Source: Candidatus Sumerlaeaceae bacterium (GTDB lineage Bacteria > Sumerlaeota > Sumerlaeia > Sumerlaeales > Sumerlaeaceae). Taken from it: a stretch of 64,000 nt of DNA. The notes under the pieces are model-generated. The model ran no database searches and was not told where the DNA came from. It saw nothing but the letters and a program-made list of their open reading frames with translations. Below, piece after piece: positions 17,245-26,969 of the stretch. Every line of letters starts with the position of its first letter. Positions within the stretch are counted from its first letter, which is position 1. Position numbers and translations under genes: made by a program. The DNA lies in the NCBI GenBank assembly GCA_049968255.1, contig JBMFRB010000005.1, positions 133,822-197,821 of the forward strand. The letters run 5' to 3'.

Positions 17245-20200
17245 TTAGTAAGCAGCCCATTCGGTCACACCCGCTGGGAAAGGCTCGGCAACCGCAATGT
17301 CCGAAGCCCCACTGTAAATGACGGTGGCAACAGCGCCCTTTGAGCTCAGACGCAGCACACCGAAGCTCGGGTGCTCCGGATTGCTGATGGACTGCACCAG
17401 CTGGTGCAGGTTATATGTCGGCGCGTTTGGTGTGGCTAGCGTCACCCACGACGTGGGGTTCGTTGGATCACGCGCCACGAGCACTGATTTCTGGCCAAGT
17501 GGGTCAACACCAGCGAATCCGCCCACGTCGGCCACAAGAGTCCAGTCGCCGCTCGGACCCACATCGATACCATCGCCGAGAGCCAGGTGATACGCTCCAG
17601 CCGGATCAACCTTGTTCACGTTGTCCATCGAGTTTGTGTTTCCATTCGCGGCAAGGTTGAATGGCCATCCGCCCGGATCTCCGGGGGCGAAGCTCACCGC
17701 AATCGTCCCACCAGCACCGAGTGCTGCGGAAGTGCTCACCGTCAACATTCTACGCAGCCCCGACGCGGGGTCCACCAGCGGGAAGTCCACGCTGGCAAGA
17801 GCCGCCGTCCCGCGCCAACGCTTGAAGGTGCCTTGAACGAGGGCGATTTCACCGCTTGGGTAGGAGAGAGTTCCCACGTTTGAAGTGTCCATTCCAAGAG
17901 TGAGAGTTCCAGCTCCGCCATTCATCACGAGACGCCCTCTCTTCAGGCTCAGCACCTTGGTGCAGCGGTAATCGCCTGGCAGATTCACACTTCCGTTTGT
18001 CGCGCAGACAATTCCGCCAACATCACCCGGCACGAGAGCACCCGCCGCCTGTCCACTGACATCGCCACAGAATCCCCAGACGCCAACACCCTGGAGCGGT
18101 ACATTACTAAAGGCACCACTGAGGGTCACGCCAGGGAAGTCGCTGGACTGCGGCGGCATGTTGGCAAAGCCAGAGGGGCTATCGGTGGCAAATCCACCGT
18201 TTGCACCCCACGTCACACTGCCGAGACCATTGACCACTCCGCCGCTGCGTGGTGCGAGAGTTCCCTTGATCGTGAGTGTGTTGTTGCAGGTCAGTGTCCC
18301 GAAAATGTGGGCGATTTTACCCGTAGCATCTCCGCCAAGCGTGACCGGATCGTTGCAGGTAAGAGTGACGCCGGAAGGCACCACGAGGTCGCCCGAGATC
18401 GTGATATTCGCGGGCCAAGTCATCGAGTTTGAGATGATGAGTGGTGTAGCGTTGAAGTCACTAGCGGTCGTGTTGTTATTGACCACACTGCCCGCGAGGA
18501 TGACTGGTCCTGTCATCGACGGCTTAAAGGTGGCTGTTGCCCCTATTGTCAGGGTATTCGCGATGGTAGCGGGTAGACCGCCCGACGCGGTATAATTCGC
18601 GCCGTTGAGAATAAGATTACCGAAGCTACGGCCCGAGAATGGGATCGCTGTAGATGTTGCCAAAAATTCCACGGTCGATCCCGGATCAAAAGACCATGCA
18701 CCATAGCTCACCGGAATGTATCCGCTTGGCAAGGCCCCTGGGAAAGGCGTGGCGACACTGCGGCTCGTGTTGAACTGGAGATATCCACCATTTTCGACTT
18801 TGCCCGTCGCGGTGGGATCGAAGTAGTAGATGCTAGTTGAGCCGCCCAGCGTGCCAGGCGCAAATTCGAAACGGCCACCGTTGCGCACATTTACGTCCGG
18901 CGTGGCGGGGTTCAAGTCGCCACCAATGTTGAGAATTTCATTGATGGTCGTCGTCTCGATGCGAAGAGTGATCACGTTGCTTGCGCTTAGAGGATCACCG
19001 ATCGTCAGGGTGCGGCAATTTGCTTCGGCAGTGGAAGAGCTAATCTTAACCGTGTAGGCACTTGTGACATTGGTGTGGTCCAGCACGACATCATCGAGTG
19101 GCGTCGGCACACCGGCGGGTGACCAGTTCCCCGGATCGAACCAGTCGCTGGCATTTAGGCCAGCGCCCAACCACTGCTTCACCGTCCCGGTCGCTGGCGG
19201 GGTGATGGCCCACGAACCAATATAGTTGTTGGTGACCAAGGCAAAGATGTTCGTGCCATCAGTAGCAAAGTCGCCTGTCCCATTTGCGTTAGCATTAGGG
19301 GTTGCGAGTGCGGGACCAAAATCCACCAACTGACCCTGAGCAGGTCCGCTCGTGACATCGGTCACCGAGAAACGCGCGTATGCGTTCGTTGATGCTTTGG
19401 GCAGGCCATGGTGAATGGCGCAATAGTATGTTTTGCCGCCGATCGCCAGTGGCACACCGTGCAGAGCACTCGAGTGCACTCCTGTGATCATGGACTGGAA
19501 CGCCCCAGAATTCGTGTAAACCGCGAGAGCCCCATTCGTTTGATGCCAAATCGCACCCGTCACGGGATCCACATATTCGCCGCGCAACGCGTTTCCGAAA
19601 CCATAGTCCGAAGGCAGCCCCGTCAACGTGATCTCTGAGACGGAAGCCACATTCGTGTTGCTCGTCGGTGGAACTTGGGGGTCTGTGTAGGCGAACTTGT
19701 AGACGGAGTTGAGGATGTTGGCTCGCGCCACACCAACATAGAACTCGACATTAGATCCGCTGACAAGCCGCGCCCAGAATGTGTCACCCACACGCTGCGA
19801 GTAAGCAACGAAGGCTTGAGGGAGCGTTGGGCCCACTGGCGTTGCCTCCGCAGTAGCTGCGTCCGCAGCGCGGTTTGCATAGATAACCTCCGGAGCCCCG
19901 AGGGTATCTTCGCTCGCGCCGGCGGCACCAAACCACCGATAAATCTTGAAAGTTTCGGTCTTGCTGTTGATGGAGAGATTGCACGCATAAACAGCGTAGC
20001 CTGCTGCTCCAAAGTCCACAACCCGAACTTTCACTAGAGGCCGTGTGCCACCTGTAACACCCGTGATATTCATATTACCCACTGTGGCGCCGTCCGCGGC
20101 CTTGAGGACCACAATCCCTGGCGCGCTGGTTGATGAACGCACGACAAGCAAGTGGCCAGTACTGGGGTTGTAGGCCAACCCACGCGTCTCGTTGTCATTT

Positions 20201-20316
20201 TGTATGGGCGCGTTGGGAGCGTCAATGCGCCAGTTCTGCGTTAGCGCGCCAAAAGCGCTCAGCGTACCCGCGAGTGTGAGCCATGCCACTAAGCATGGCA
20301 GTATTCGGTGTCTCAT
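17245..20316 (-). CDS. Large secreted/surface protein (1023 aa): beta-propeller-like N-domain, beta-helix-like middle, C-terminal VxxWxxY motif
   Basis: AGGAGG RBS, ATG at 20316, signal peptide to SAFG/A. ETRGLAYNPSTGHLLVV recalls DUF4623-like propellers. WFDPGNWSPAGVP..LDDVVLD is followed by G/T/N-rich beta repeats. Ends AEPFPAGVTEWAAY. Confidence 0.8.
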   Translation of the reverse strand: MRHRILPCLVAWLTLAGTLSAFGALTQNWRIDAPNAPIQNDNETRGLAYNPSTGHLLVVRSSTSAPGIVVLKAADGATVGNMNITGVTGGTRPLVKVRVVDFGAAGYAVYACNLSINSKTETFKIYRWFGAAGASEDTLGAPEVIYANRAADAATAEATPVGPTLPQAFVAYSQRVGDTFWARLVSGSNVEFYVGVARANILNSVYKFAYTDPQVPPTSNTNVASVSEITLTGLPSDYGFGNALRGEYVDPVTGAIWHQTNGALAVYTNSGAFQSMITGVHSSALHGVPLAIGGKTYYCAIHHGLPKASTNAYARFSVTDVTSGPAQGQLVDFGPALATPNANANGTGDFATDGTNIFALVTNNYIGSWAITPPATGTVKQWLGAGLNASDWFDPGNWSPAGVPTPLDDVVLDHTNVTSAYTVKISSSTAEANCRTLTIGDPLSASNVITLRIETTTINEILNIGGDLNPATPDVNVRNGGRFEFAPGTLGGSTSIYYFDPTATGKVENGGYLQFNTSRSVATPFPGALPSGYIPVSYGAWSFDPGSTVEFLATSTAIPFSGRSFGNLILNGANYTASGGLPATIANTLTIGATATFKPSMTGPVILAGSVVNNNTTASDFNATPLIISNSMTWPANITISGDLVVPSGVTLTCNDPVTLGGDATGKIAHIFGTLTCNNTLTIKGTLAPRSGGVVNGLGSVTWGANGGFATDSPSGFANMPPQSSDFPGVTLSGAFSNVPLQGVGVWGFCGDVSGQAAGALVPGDVGGIVCATNGSVNLPGDYRCTKVLSLKRGRLVMNGGAGTLTLGMDTSNVGTLSYPSGEIALVQGTFKRWRGTAALASVDFPLVDPASGLRRMLTVSTSAALGAGGTIAVSFAPGDPGGWPFNLAANGNTNSMDNVNKVDPAGAYHLALGDGIDVGPSGDWTLVADVGGFAGVDPLGQKSVLVARDPTNPTSWVTLATPNAPTYNLHQLVQSISNPEHPSFGVLRLSSKGAVATVIYSGASDIAVAEPFPAGVTEWAAY

Positions 20317-20633
20317 GAGTAAACCCTCCTTGTGTCTCTGATTTTGTGGGAAGTGAAGGTTTTCGTGGTTCTTCTCCTCCACTCACCATGTTTTTTTGCC
20401 AAGCTTTAGTTATGGTTGTCAAGAGACTTCTGCAAAAAAAAACAACAAAAGTGGACCATTTGGTCCGATTTGTCGGACCACGCAGCTGTGCCCAGCATTA
20501 TTGAAGAGTGCATTTCTGGCAGCTGAGAGCAGGACCTTATCTGCCACAGCCACAGCAGCGCTGCGAGCCTTCTTTCATGGAGGGGTTCAGGCGAACACGG
20601 AGCAGCGCTAAGTTGCTGCGAGGGCCCATTGCT

Positions 20634-22250
20634 CTATGAGGCGCGTGGGGGCTGATTTGATTTTCGTGCAGCTTTGATGCGGTACATTTTTTCGTCGGCT
20701 AGGGCGATGAGGTCCATGGGCTCGGCAAAGGGTTCATTGCTGAACGCGATGCCAATGCTTACGCCCACAGAGACCTCGACGTCACCAATGCGAAGTGGCT
20801 GGCGCACAACCTCCTCAAGCCGGTGCGCAAGGTCGTAGACGTGTTGGGGGCTTTCTACGTCTTCCACCAAGACTATAAATTCGTCGCCCCCGATACGCGC
20901 GACAACATCGCTGGGCCGGACAGATGCCGCAAGGCGCGCAGCCATTTGCGCAAGGCAGTCGTCGCCTGTGGTGTGACCATAGTGATCGTTGACGTGTTTG
21001 AAATTATCGAGGTCGAGAAACAAAATAGCAAACTGCTGCTCGGGGTGGCGGCGCACACGCGCCACGGCCCGTTGGAACAGCTCGAGAAAATGGGCTCTGT
21101 TGGGCAACTGGGTAAGTGGATCGTGGTAAGCGCCATGGCGCAATTGCTCCTCGGCGACTTTGCGCCGCGTGATATCGGTCATGCTGCCGGCCATGCGAAT
21201 AGGCTGGCGACGGTCATCGACAATGGCGACTCCGCGGATGTGCATCCAGCGCCACTCGCCACGGCGAGTGACCATGCGAATTTCGACATCGAGCAGACGA
21301 CTTCTCCCTTCGAGATGGTCGCGGATAGCCTGCTGAAAGGCTTCCCGATCTTCGCTGTGAATTCGGGTCAACCATTCGGCTGGCGTTGGACCAACTTCGT
21401 GGTCCTCGTAGCCGAGCAGCCATTTCCACCGCGGAGAATAGAAGATCCTGTTTTGCCTCAAATCCCAATCCCAGATGCCGTCGTTGGCCCCGGTGAGCGC
21501 TAGGCTGAAGCGCTCCTCGCTCTCGCGGAGAGCTTCAGCCATCTTGGTCCGATCCTCGAGCAGTTCCGTAAGCGCGCGGCGCCAACGCTTGAGCCGCAAC
21601 ACCAAGCCTACCCACGTCATTGAAGAGATCAGCAATACACCAAACCAGGACAACAGCGCGGTCCCGTAAGCTGAGCTCAATCTGATCCTGAGGGAATGCA
21701 GGTGTGGGGCGTTTTCGTCGCTCAGGAGTGAAAGCAGCGAGCGCAAGTGGGATCTTTCGAGCATGTAAGCTGATGTCTGGAGGATCTCTATTGCCGAGGT
21801 TGTCTTGCCTTCCGATGCTAGCTGGATAGCCGCCACTTCGTAGCGACTCACGACAAGAGAAGCCGAGGAAACCTGCTCAGCGAGGCGGCAGAGCTTTTCA
21901 TTGCCGAGTTTAACAAGCGATTCGACCAAGGCGTCGAACTCAGCGACGTAATTCGCGCGTTGCGTAAGATAATGGTCCCCCTGAGCCTGCACATACGCCA
22001 AAGTCGTGGTGCCAATGTTCTCGTCGGCTACGAGCAACCGCTGATGTGCGTCACAAAGCAGTGATCGAAGTTTCTCGTACTCTTGGCGAACACGCACCGC
22101 ATCGAAAATCGTAAAGACGCCCAGTATGATAAGCGCGATTGTCAGTAGAATAGCAAAAACAACGCTAGTCAGGCGCCACTCATAGTCGCGCAGGACTTTC
22201 CCGTATGACCTGGCAACTGGGCTTTTCTCTGCAGTGTCCAGTTTGCTCAC
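20634..22250 (-). CDS. Membrane diguanylate cyclase (periplasmic sensor, PAS, GGDEF)
   Basis: Two TM helices flanking a periplasmic loop, PAS (GANDGIWDWD), HDPLTQLPNR, DLDNFK, I-site RPSD and ARIGGDEF. Confidence 0.92.
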   Translation of the reverse strand: MSKLDTAEKSPVARSYGKVLRDYEWRLTSVVFAILLTIALIILGVFTIFDAVRVRQEYEKLRSLLCDAHQRLLVADENIGTTTLAYVQAQGDHYLTQRANYVAEFDALVESLVKLGNEKLCRLAEQVSSASLVVSRYEVAAIQLASEGKTTSAIEILQTSAYMLERSHLRSLLSLLSDENAPHLHSLRIRLSSAYGTALLSWFGVLLISSMTWVGLVLRLKRWRRALTELLEDRTKMAEALRESEERFSLALTGANDGIWDWDLRQNRIFYSPRWKWLLGYEDHEVGPTPAEWLTRIHSEDREAFQQAIRDHLEGRSRLLDVEIRMVTRRGEWRWMHIRGVAIVDDRRQPIRMAGSMTDITRRKVAEEQLRHGAYHDPLTQLPNRAHFLELFQRAVARVRRHPEQQFAILFLDLDNFKHVNDHYGHTTGDDCLAQMAARLAASVRPSDVVARIGGDEFIVLVEDVESPQHVYDLAHRLEEVVRQPLRIGDVEVSVGVSIGIAFSNEPFAEPMDLIALADEKMYRIKAARKSNQPPRAS

Positions 22251-22373
22251 TTCCCCGCTGTTTTCTGCACCAAATTATTTTGCTTCGGCAAGCAGCTGTT
22301 GAGTAGCGCAAGATGACAATAGATCACCGTGCCCCACACAAAGCAAGGGGAATGCCCCCGTTTAGCCAGAAAC

Positions 22374-22416
22374 AAAATTAAATGCGGGGAAGGGAACGTG
22401 AGTTCCTTTCCCCGCA
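22374..22416 (-). terminator. Intrinsic terminator downstream of ahcY
   Basis: 15-bp stem TGCGGGGAAGGGAAC / GTTCCTTTCCCCGCA (one mismatch on the minus-strand RNA) with a 4-nt loop, followed by a T-rich run on the minus strand. Confidence 0.75.
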
Positions 22417-22439
22417 GAAGCTACAGGGTCTAAGCACTC

Positions 22440-23873
22440 TCAGTAGCGGTAGTGCTCGGGCTTGAACGGCCCGTCGATCGGAACACCAATATAAGCAGCC
22501 TGCTTCGGCGTTAGCTTAGTGAGCTTCGCTCCCAGCCTGTCGAGGTGGAGGCGCGCCACCATCTCGTCAAGCTCTTTTGGCAAGACGTAGACCTTTTTCT
22601 GGTACTTGCCCGTGTTGCGATTTGTCCACAGCTCGATCTGCGCCAGGGTCTGATTAGTGAAACTGTTGCTCATCACAAAGCTCGGATGGCCTGTGGCGCA
22701 GCCAAGATTCACGAGCCGTCCGCGCGCTAGCACAGTGAGGCGCTTACCGTTAGGCCATTCGATCTGATCCACCTGAGGTTTTATCTCGTGCACTTTGAGA
22801 TTCGGATCATTATAGAGAGAGTTGACCTGGATTTCAGAATCGAAGTGACCAATGTTACAGACAATCGCCTCGTTCTTCATCCGATCCATGTGTTCGCGCG
22901 TGATGACGTCCACGTTGCCGGTGGCGGTGATAAAGATGTCGCCCCACTCGCAAGCTTCATCCATTGTGACGACTTCGTAGCCTTCCATGCACGCTTGGAG
23001 GGCACAGATTGGATCAATCTCGGTGATGTAAACGCGCGCGCCCATGCCACGCAGAGCCTGAGCACATCCCTTGCCAACATCGCCGTAGCCGCAAACGACG
23101 CATTTCTTGCCGGCGATCATCACGTCGGTCGCACGTTTGATGCCATCAATGAGCGACTCGCGGCAGCCGTACAAGTTATCAAATTTACTTTTTGTCACAG
23201 AATCATTGACGTTGATGGCTGGAAAACGCAACCGCCCTTGTTTTTCCATCTCGTAAAGCCGATGCACGCCGGTGGTTGTTTCCTCGCTCACACCAACGAT
23301 GCCTTTGGCCATATTGCGCCAGAAACGCGGGTCTTCGTCGAGCGTGTCGTTGAGCAGACGATCCACGATCGCTAGCTCTTCGCACTCTTCACTGATGGGA
23401 GGCTTCTGGCCAGTGCGCTCGAACTCTTCTTCGCGCTCGCAGCCGCGATGGATGAGCAGCGTGGCATCACCGCCGTCATCCACGAGCAAAGTGGGGCCGC
23501 CCTCATGCATCAATGCCCACTTGGTGAACTGCCAGTATTCCTCGAGCGTTTCCCCCTTGTAGGCGAACACGGGGATTCCTGCGGCAGCAATGGCTGCTGC
23601 AGCATGGTCCTGCGTGGAGAAAATGTTGCAGCTGGCCCATCGCACTGAGGCACCCAAGGCAACGAGGGTCTCGATAAGCACAGCGGTTTGAATTGTCATG
23701 TGCAGCGAACCAGAGATGCGGGCACCTGCAAGGGGCTTCTTCGGTCCGAACTCCTTGCGCACAGCCATCAAGCCGGGCATCTCGTGCTCCGCCATGCGAA
23801 TTTCTTCGCGTCCCCACTTGGCGAGAGAAATGTCTTTCACCATGTAGGGCGGAATTGCAGTGGTCACCGTCAT
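22440..23873 (-). CDS. ahcY: Adenosylhomocysteinase
   Basis: [54 protein letters not shown] and GHPSFVMS motifs. Start placed at ATG 23873 behind AGGAAGG. Confidence 0.97.
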   Translation of the reverse strand: MTVTTAIPPYMVKDISLAKWGREEIRMAEHEMPGLMAVRKEFGPKKPLAGARISGSLHMTIQTAVLIETLVALGASVRWASCNIFSTQDHAAAAIAAAGIPVFAYKGETLEEYWQFTKWALMHEGGPTLLVDDGGDATLLIHRGCEREEEFERTGQKPPISEECEELAIVDRLLNDTLDEDPRFWRNMAKGIVGVSEETTTGVHRLYEMEKQGRLRFPAINVNDSVTKSKFDNLYGCRESLIDGIKRATDVMIAGKKCVVCGYGDVGKGCAQALRGMGARVYITEIDPICALQACMEGYEVVTMDEACEWGDIFITATGNVDVITREHMDRMKNEAIVCNIGHFDSEIQVNSLYNDPNLKVHEIKPQVDQIEWPNGKRLTVLARGRLVNLGCATGHPSFVMSNSFTNQTLAQIELWTNRNTGKYQKKVYVLPKELDEMVARLHLDRLGAKLTKLTPKQAAYIGVPIDGPFKPEHYRY

Positions 23874-23979
23874 TGCAATCGTCCTTCCTTTGTGTGTGTA
23901 GGGAACCGCTAAAGAGAACAGGCGCCGGGCGTGGCGTGCCATCGCACGGCGGCTCACACATGGCGCAACTGTTTTAGCC

Positions 23980-24990
23980 TTACGGTTCCTTTTCTGTCCA
24001 GCCTGCAGAAGCTGAACAAACTTTTCTTTTTCGCGCGATCAGGCAATAAAGGCGCGGCAGGGGCGCCAGATCATGATCGGGACGCGGCGGTGTGGACACA
24101 TCCCAGAGCTCGAACTCTTCGAACCCAGCTTCGGCTAGCCATGCACGCAACAGATCAGGGGCGATGCCCGCGCGACGGTCACCCATCTGACGACGAAATG
24201 TCTCGTTTTCATAAGGATAATATTCGAGCACAAGGGCTTGCCCGGTGGGGGCGAGCGATCGGCCGAGCTCGAACACAGCGGGACGGATATCAGCAAGGTG
24301 GTGGAGAATCAAAACTAAGAGGGCAAGATCTACTTCGCCCGCTTCCAGTGGCAGCTCCGCCAGATCCCCTTCGCGCAGAGCGACGTTGTCGAGCTTGAGC
24401 TCAGCGACGCGGCGGCGTGCCAGCTCCAGCATTCCCCGGCTCGAATCAACAGCGACAATTCTTCGGAAATGGCGAGCCAGAACAGGCAAAAGATAACCTG
24501 TCCCAGTGCCCAAGTCCGCGACGGTCCACTCCTTGGGGAGCAAATGCAATAGCGTTTCGAGATGGAATGTTGGGCCGAAACAATCTTCACGTAACGCGTC
24601 CCAATGGGCAGCCATGCGGTCGAAAAAAGAGGCATTGTCGCCTGCCCGCAGGGCCAGCACTCGTTCGAGCGATTGGCGTAGCCCAGGGGAAAGATGTTCA
24701 GCTGCCAGGAGTGCCAGGAGATCCCGCCGCAGCGGGGCATCGAACGCATCAGGCTCTGGGGCAAGAGTTGCGCGATAGAAGGTGGCCGGACCGGCAGCGC
24801 GGTCGCTGACGAGTCCTGCTTCGCGAAGCACTTTGAGATGCCGGCTGACACTGGATTGGGGCATGTCGAAAATACGGACGAGCTCACTGACCGTGAGCTC
24901 CTCGCAATTGAGAACATGCAGAATTCTCAGACGCGTCGGGTCAGCTAAGGCTTTGAAGAAGGTACTTATCGCGAGCGGTTTAATCATCAC
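23980..24990 (-). CDS. ArsR-family regulator with SAM-binding methyltransferase domain (SahR-like)
   Basis: Ars[17 protein letters not shown]...[11 protein letters not shown], then VADLGTGTG. Directly upstream of ahcY, as for SahR. Confidence 0.9.
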   Translation of the reverse strand: MMIKPLAISTFFKALADPTRLRILHVLNCEELTVSELVRIFDMPQSSVSRHLKVLREAGLVSDRAAGPATFYRATLAPEPDAFDAPLRRDLLALLAAEHLSPGLRQSLERVLALRAGDNASFFDRMAAHWDALREDCFGPTFHLETLLHLLPKEWTVADLGTGTGYLLPVLARHFRRIVAVDSSRGMLELARRRVAELKLDNVALREGDLAELPLEAGEVDLALLVLILHHLADIRPAVFELGRSLAPTGQALVLEYYPYENETFRRQMGDRRAGIAPDLLRAWLAEAGFEEFELWDVSTPPRPDHDLAPLPRLYCLIARKRKVCSASAGWTEKEP

Positions 24991-25003
24991 TATATCCGGA
25001 TGA
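24984..25003. promoter_or_regulatory. Candidate SahR operator overlapping the regulator's own start
   Basis: 20-bp imperfect palindrome TCATC-ACTATATCCG-GATGA covering the GTG/ATG start codons. Confidence 0.5.
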
Positions 25004-25293
25004 GCTGTTACGTGTAAAAAATTACGCCGACCTCGATTCTTCTATTCAGCCAGGTGCTACCAGAAAAATACGATGTAAGTTGCCTTTTTACAATTTAGTA
25101 ATCACAAAGGTGCAAGTTTGTGCATTTTTCTCTTGCGACTGCGTCTTTGCTAGGGGCTGTGTGCGCGAAACTCACTGTTTCTCCGGGAAGGAGCGTTTTG
25201 CCATCGGTCTGGCTTTCTCGGGGGAATTCGCGAGACAGGGGGTATCGGTAATCATAAAGGCCGTGACCCCAAGGCGTCGCCAAACTGGGAGTT

Positions 25294-25752
25294 ATGGGCA
25301 TGAGTCTTCTAGAACGCTACGATCTGGGCTTCGCCAAGCTGGTAGAATCCTTCCGTGCGCTTAAGGACGAAGCGGAGCGGCTGATGATGCTCATCGAGTT
25401 TGCAAGCTGTTACGTGGATCCGCCGCCGGCTGTGGCATCGCGGCCCTTTCCGGCAGAATGCAAACTCCCAGGCTGCGACTGCGACGTCTATTTTTGGGCT
25501 CTTATGCGTGAGGACCGTCGTCTTGATTTCTATTTTGCGGTGGACTGCGCAGAGGGCGTTTCCGCCAAGGCCTTTGCGGTCATTCTCTCGCGCACTCTCA
25601 CGGGCGCAGACCTAGAGGCAATCGCCCGGATCCCGCGCGAATGCGTGGCCATTATTTTCGGTGAACTTATCACACCAGAAAAAAAAGCCACACTGGAGGC
25701 TATGCTGGAAGCTGTGCGCCAAGCTGCCCAGGATGTGCTTGGCGAATCTTAG
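25294..25752 (+). CDS. sufE: SufE-family sulfur acceptor protein
   Basis: ERLMMLIEFA, KLPGCDCDVYFW (GC acceptor Cys) and FYFAVD..EG.SAKAFA.IL motifs. Confidence 0.8.
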   Translation: MGMSLLERYDLGFAKLVESFRALKDEAERLMMLIEFASCYVDPPPAVASRPFPAECKLPGCDCDVYFWALMREDRRLDFYFAVDCAEGVSAKAFAVILSRTLTGADLEAIARIPRECVAIIFGELITPEKKATLEAMLEAVRQAAQDVLGES

Positions 25753-26969
25753 CCAGAGCGAAAGAAATCCGCAATTTCCTGGATTGGCCACGGGGGGCGC
25801 GGCACGCACGTTGTGATAAGATGGGGCGTGGGCATGGCATAGGAGCTGCCGGCGTGGCAATAGATGCCGAGCTCCTCGAGCAGCGCCAGGGCCACACTTT
25901 CATCAGAGGCGATGGCCGCAGGAAGTGGAACGGGGAGATAGACGCCACCTTCGGGGCGTGATACTGCAAATCCCTGGCCTTGCCATTGCGCAACGAGAGC
26001 GCTCATGCGGTGGCGATATTTCTGTGCGAACTGCTGGCAAATCGCTAGCGACTGGCTGGACAATAAGGCGGGCAGTGCGGCCTGGACAATTTCGCTGACG
26101 GGGAGAAAAGTGTCGGATGCGTACTCGAGTGCGGATACAAACGCACGAGTAAGCTCGCGATCACTGCCTTCCACCACCATCCAGCCCGCTTTCAGTCCAG
26201 GCAAAGAAAGCATTTTAGAGAGTCCATTGAGAGTGACGCAAAGGGGGGCCGTAAATTCGCTAGGCCGCGGGACGTATGGCGCATCGTGAAGAAACTCGCA
26301 AAAGACTTCGTCGAAAACAATGGGAAGCCGATGACGCATGGCAATCGTGGCAATTTCACAAAGCTCTTCGATGTTGGCCACCATTCCCGTGGGATTGTGC
26401 GGTGACACAAGGACAAGTGCGCACGTGTGTGGCGTGATTTGAAACTCGATCTCTTCGGGATTGAGGCGCCAGGCACCCGTCGCCTTATGTTCGAGATGGT
26501 ACGAGCGAACCTGCAAGCCTGCCAAACGGGCCAAGTCGTCAAAAAGCGGGTAAGTTGGAGCTGGGCACAGGACATTTCCGCCTGGCCGTGCGAGTAGCCG
26601 GAATGTATACCAGTAGGCCATACTGGTTCCCGGGGTCAGAACGACTTGTTCGGGCGAGATAGAGCCATGATAAGCGGCGACAGCTTCGCGCGCGGCAATC
26701 TGGCCTCGCGGATCTGGCTTATAGAAGTGCGCGGTGACACATGCGTCGGCAATCGCTTGCGCGAGTCGCTCGGGAGGATATTCGAAGCCATGCTCTTGCG
26801 GGTTGGCCTGGATGAAATCGAAGACAGGTTCGCCGCGCCGTCTTCGCTGCTCAAGCGCTAAGGCGAGGGGCGAAGCAATGGGATCGCCCCATTCGCTTAA
26901 GAGTGGCGCAAGAACTCGCTTGGCATTACCTGACGAGTGAACTCCCATCCCGATCTGATTCGCGCTCAA
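25749..26969 (-). CDS. PLP-dependent aminotransferase class I/II
   Basis: PAPTYPLF, VSPHNPTG, FDEVF and PLP-lysine motif NGLSKMLSLPGLKAGW. Confidence 0.9.
   Translation of the reverse strand: MSANQIGMGVHSSGNAKRVLAPLLSEWGDPIASPLALALEQRRRRGEPVFDFIQANPQEHGFEYPPERLAQAIADACVTAHFYKPDPRGQIAAREAVAAYHGSISPEQVVLTPGTSMAYWYTFRLLARPGGNVLCPAPTYPLFDDLARLAGLQVRSYHLEHKATGAWRLNPEEIEFQITPHTCALVLVSPHNPTGMVANIEELCEIATIAMRHRLPIVFDEVFCEFLHDAPYVPRPSEFTAPLCVTLNGLSKMLSLPGLKAGWMVVEGSDRELTRAFVSALEYASDTFLPVSEIVQAALPALLSSQSLAICQQFAQKYRHRMSALVAQWQGQGFAVSRPEGGVYLPVPLPAAIASDESVALALLEELGIYCHAGSSYAMPTPHLITTCVPRPPWPIQEIADFFRSG

Noticed and set aside
23874-23979. SAH riboswitch upstream of ahcY
   Set aside because: No GAGGAGCG / CAGGCTC / GGCGCTC-type consensus visible on the minus strand.
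24965-25080. SAM-I riboswitch look-alike (CTTATC.CGAG ... GGTGCTA)
   Set aside because: On the opposite strand to the SAM-cycle genes, overlaps the regulator's coding start, and lacks the GAGGGA and GCAACC core elements.
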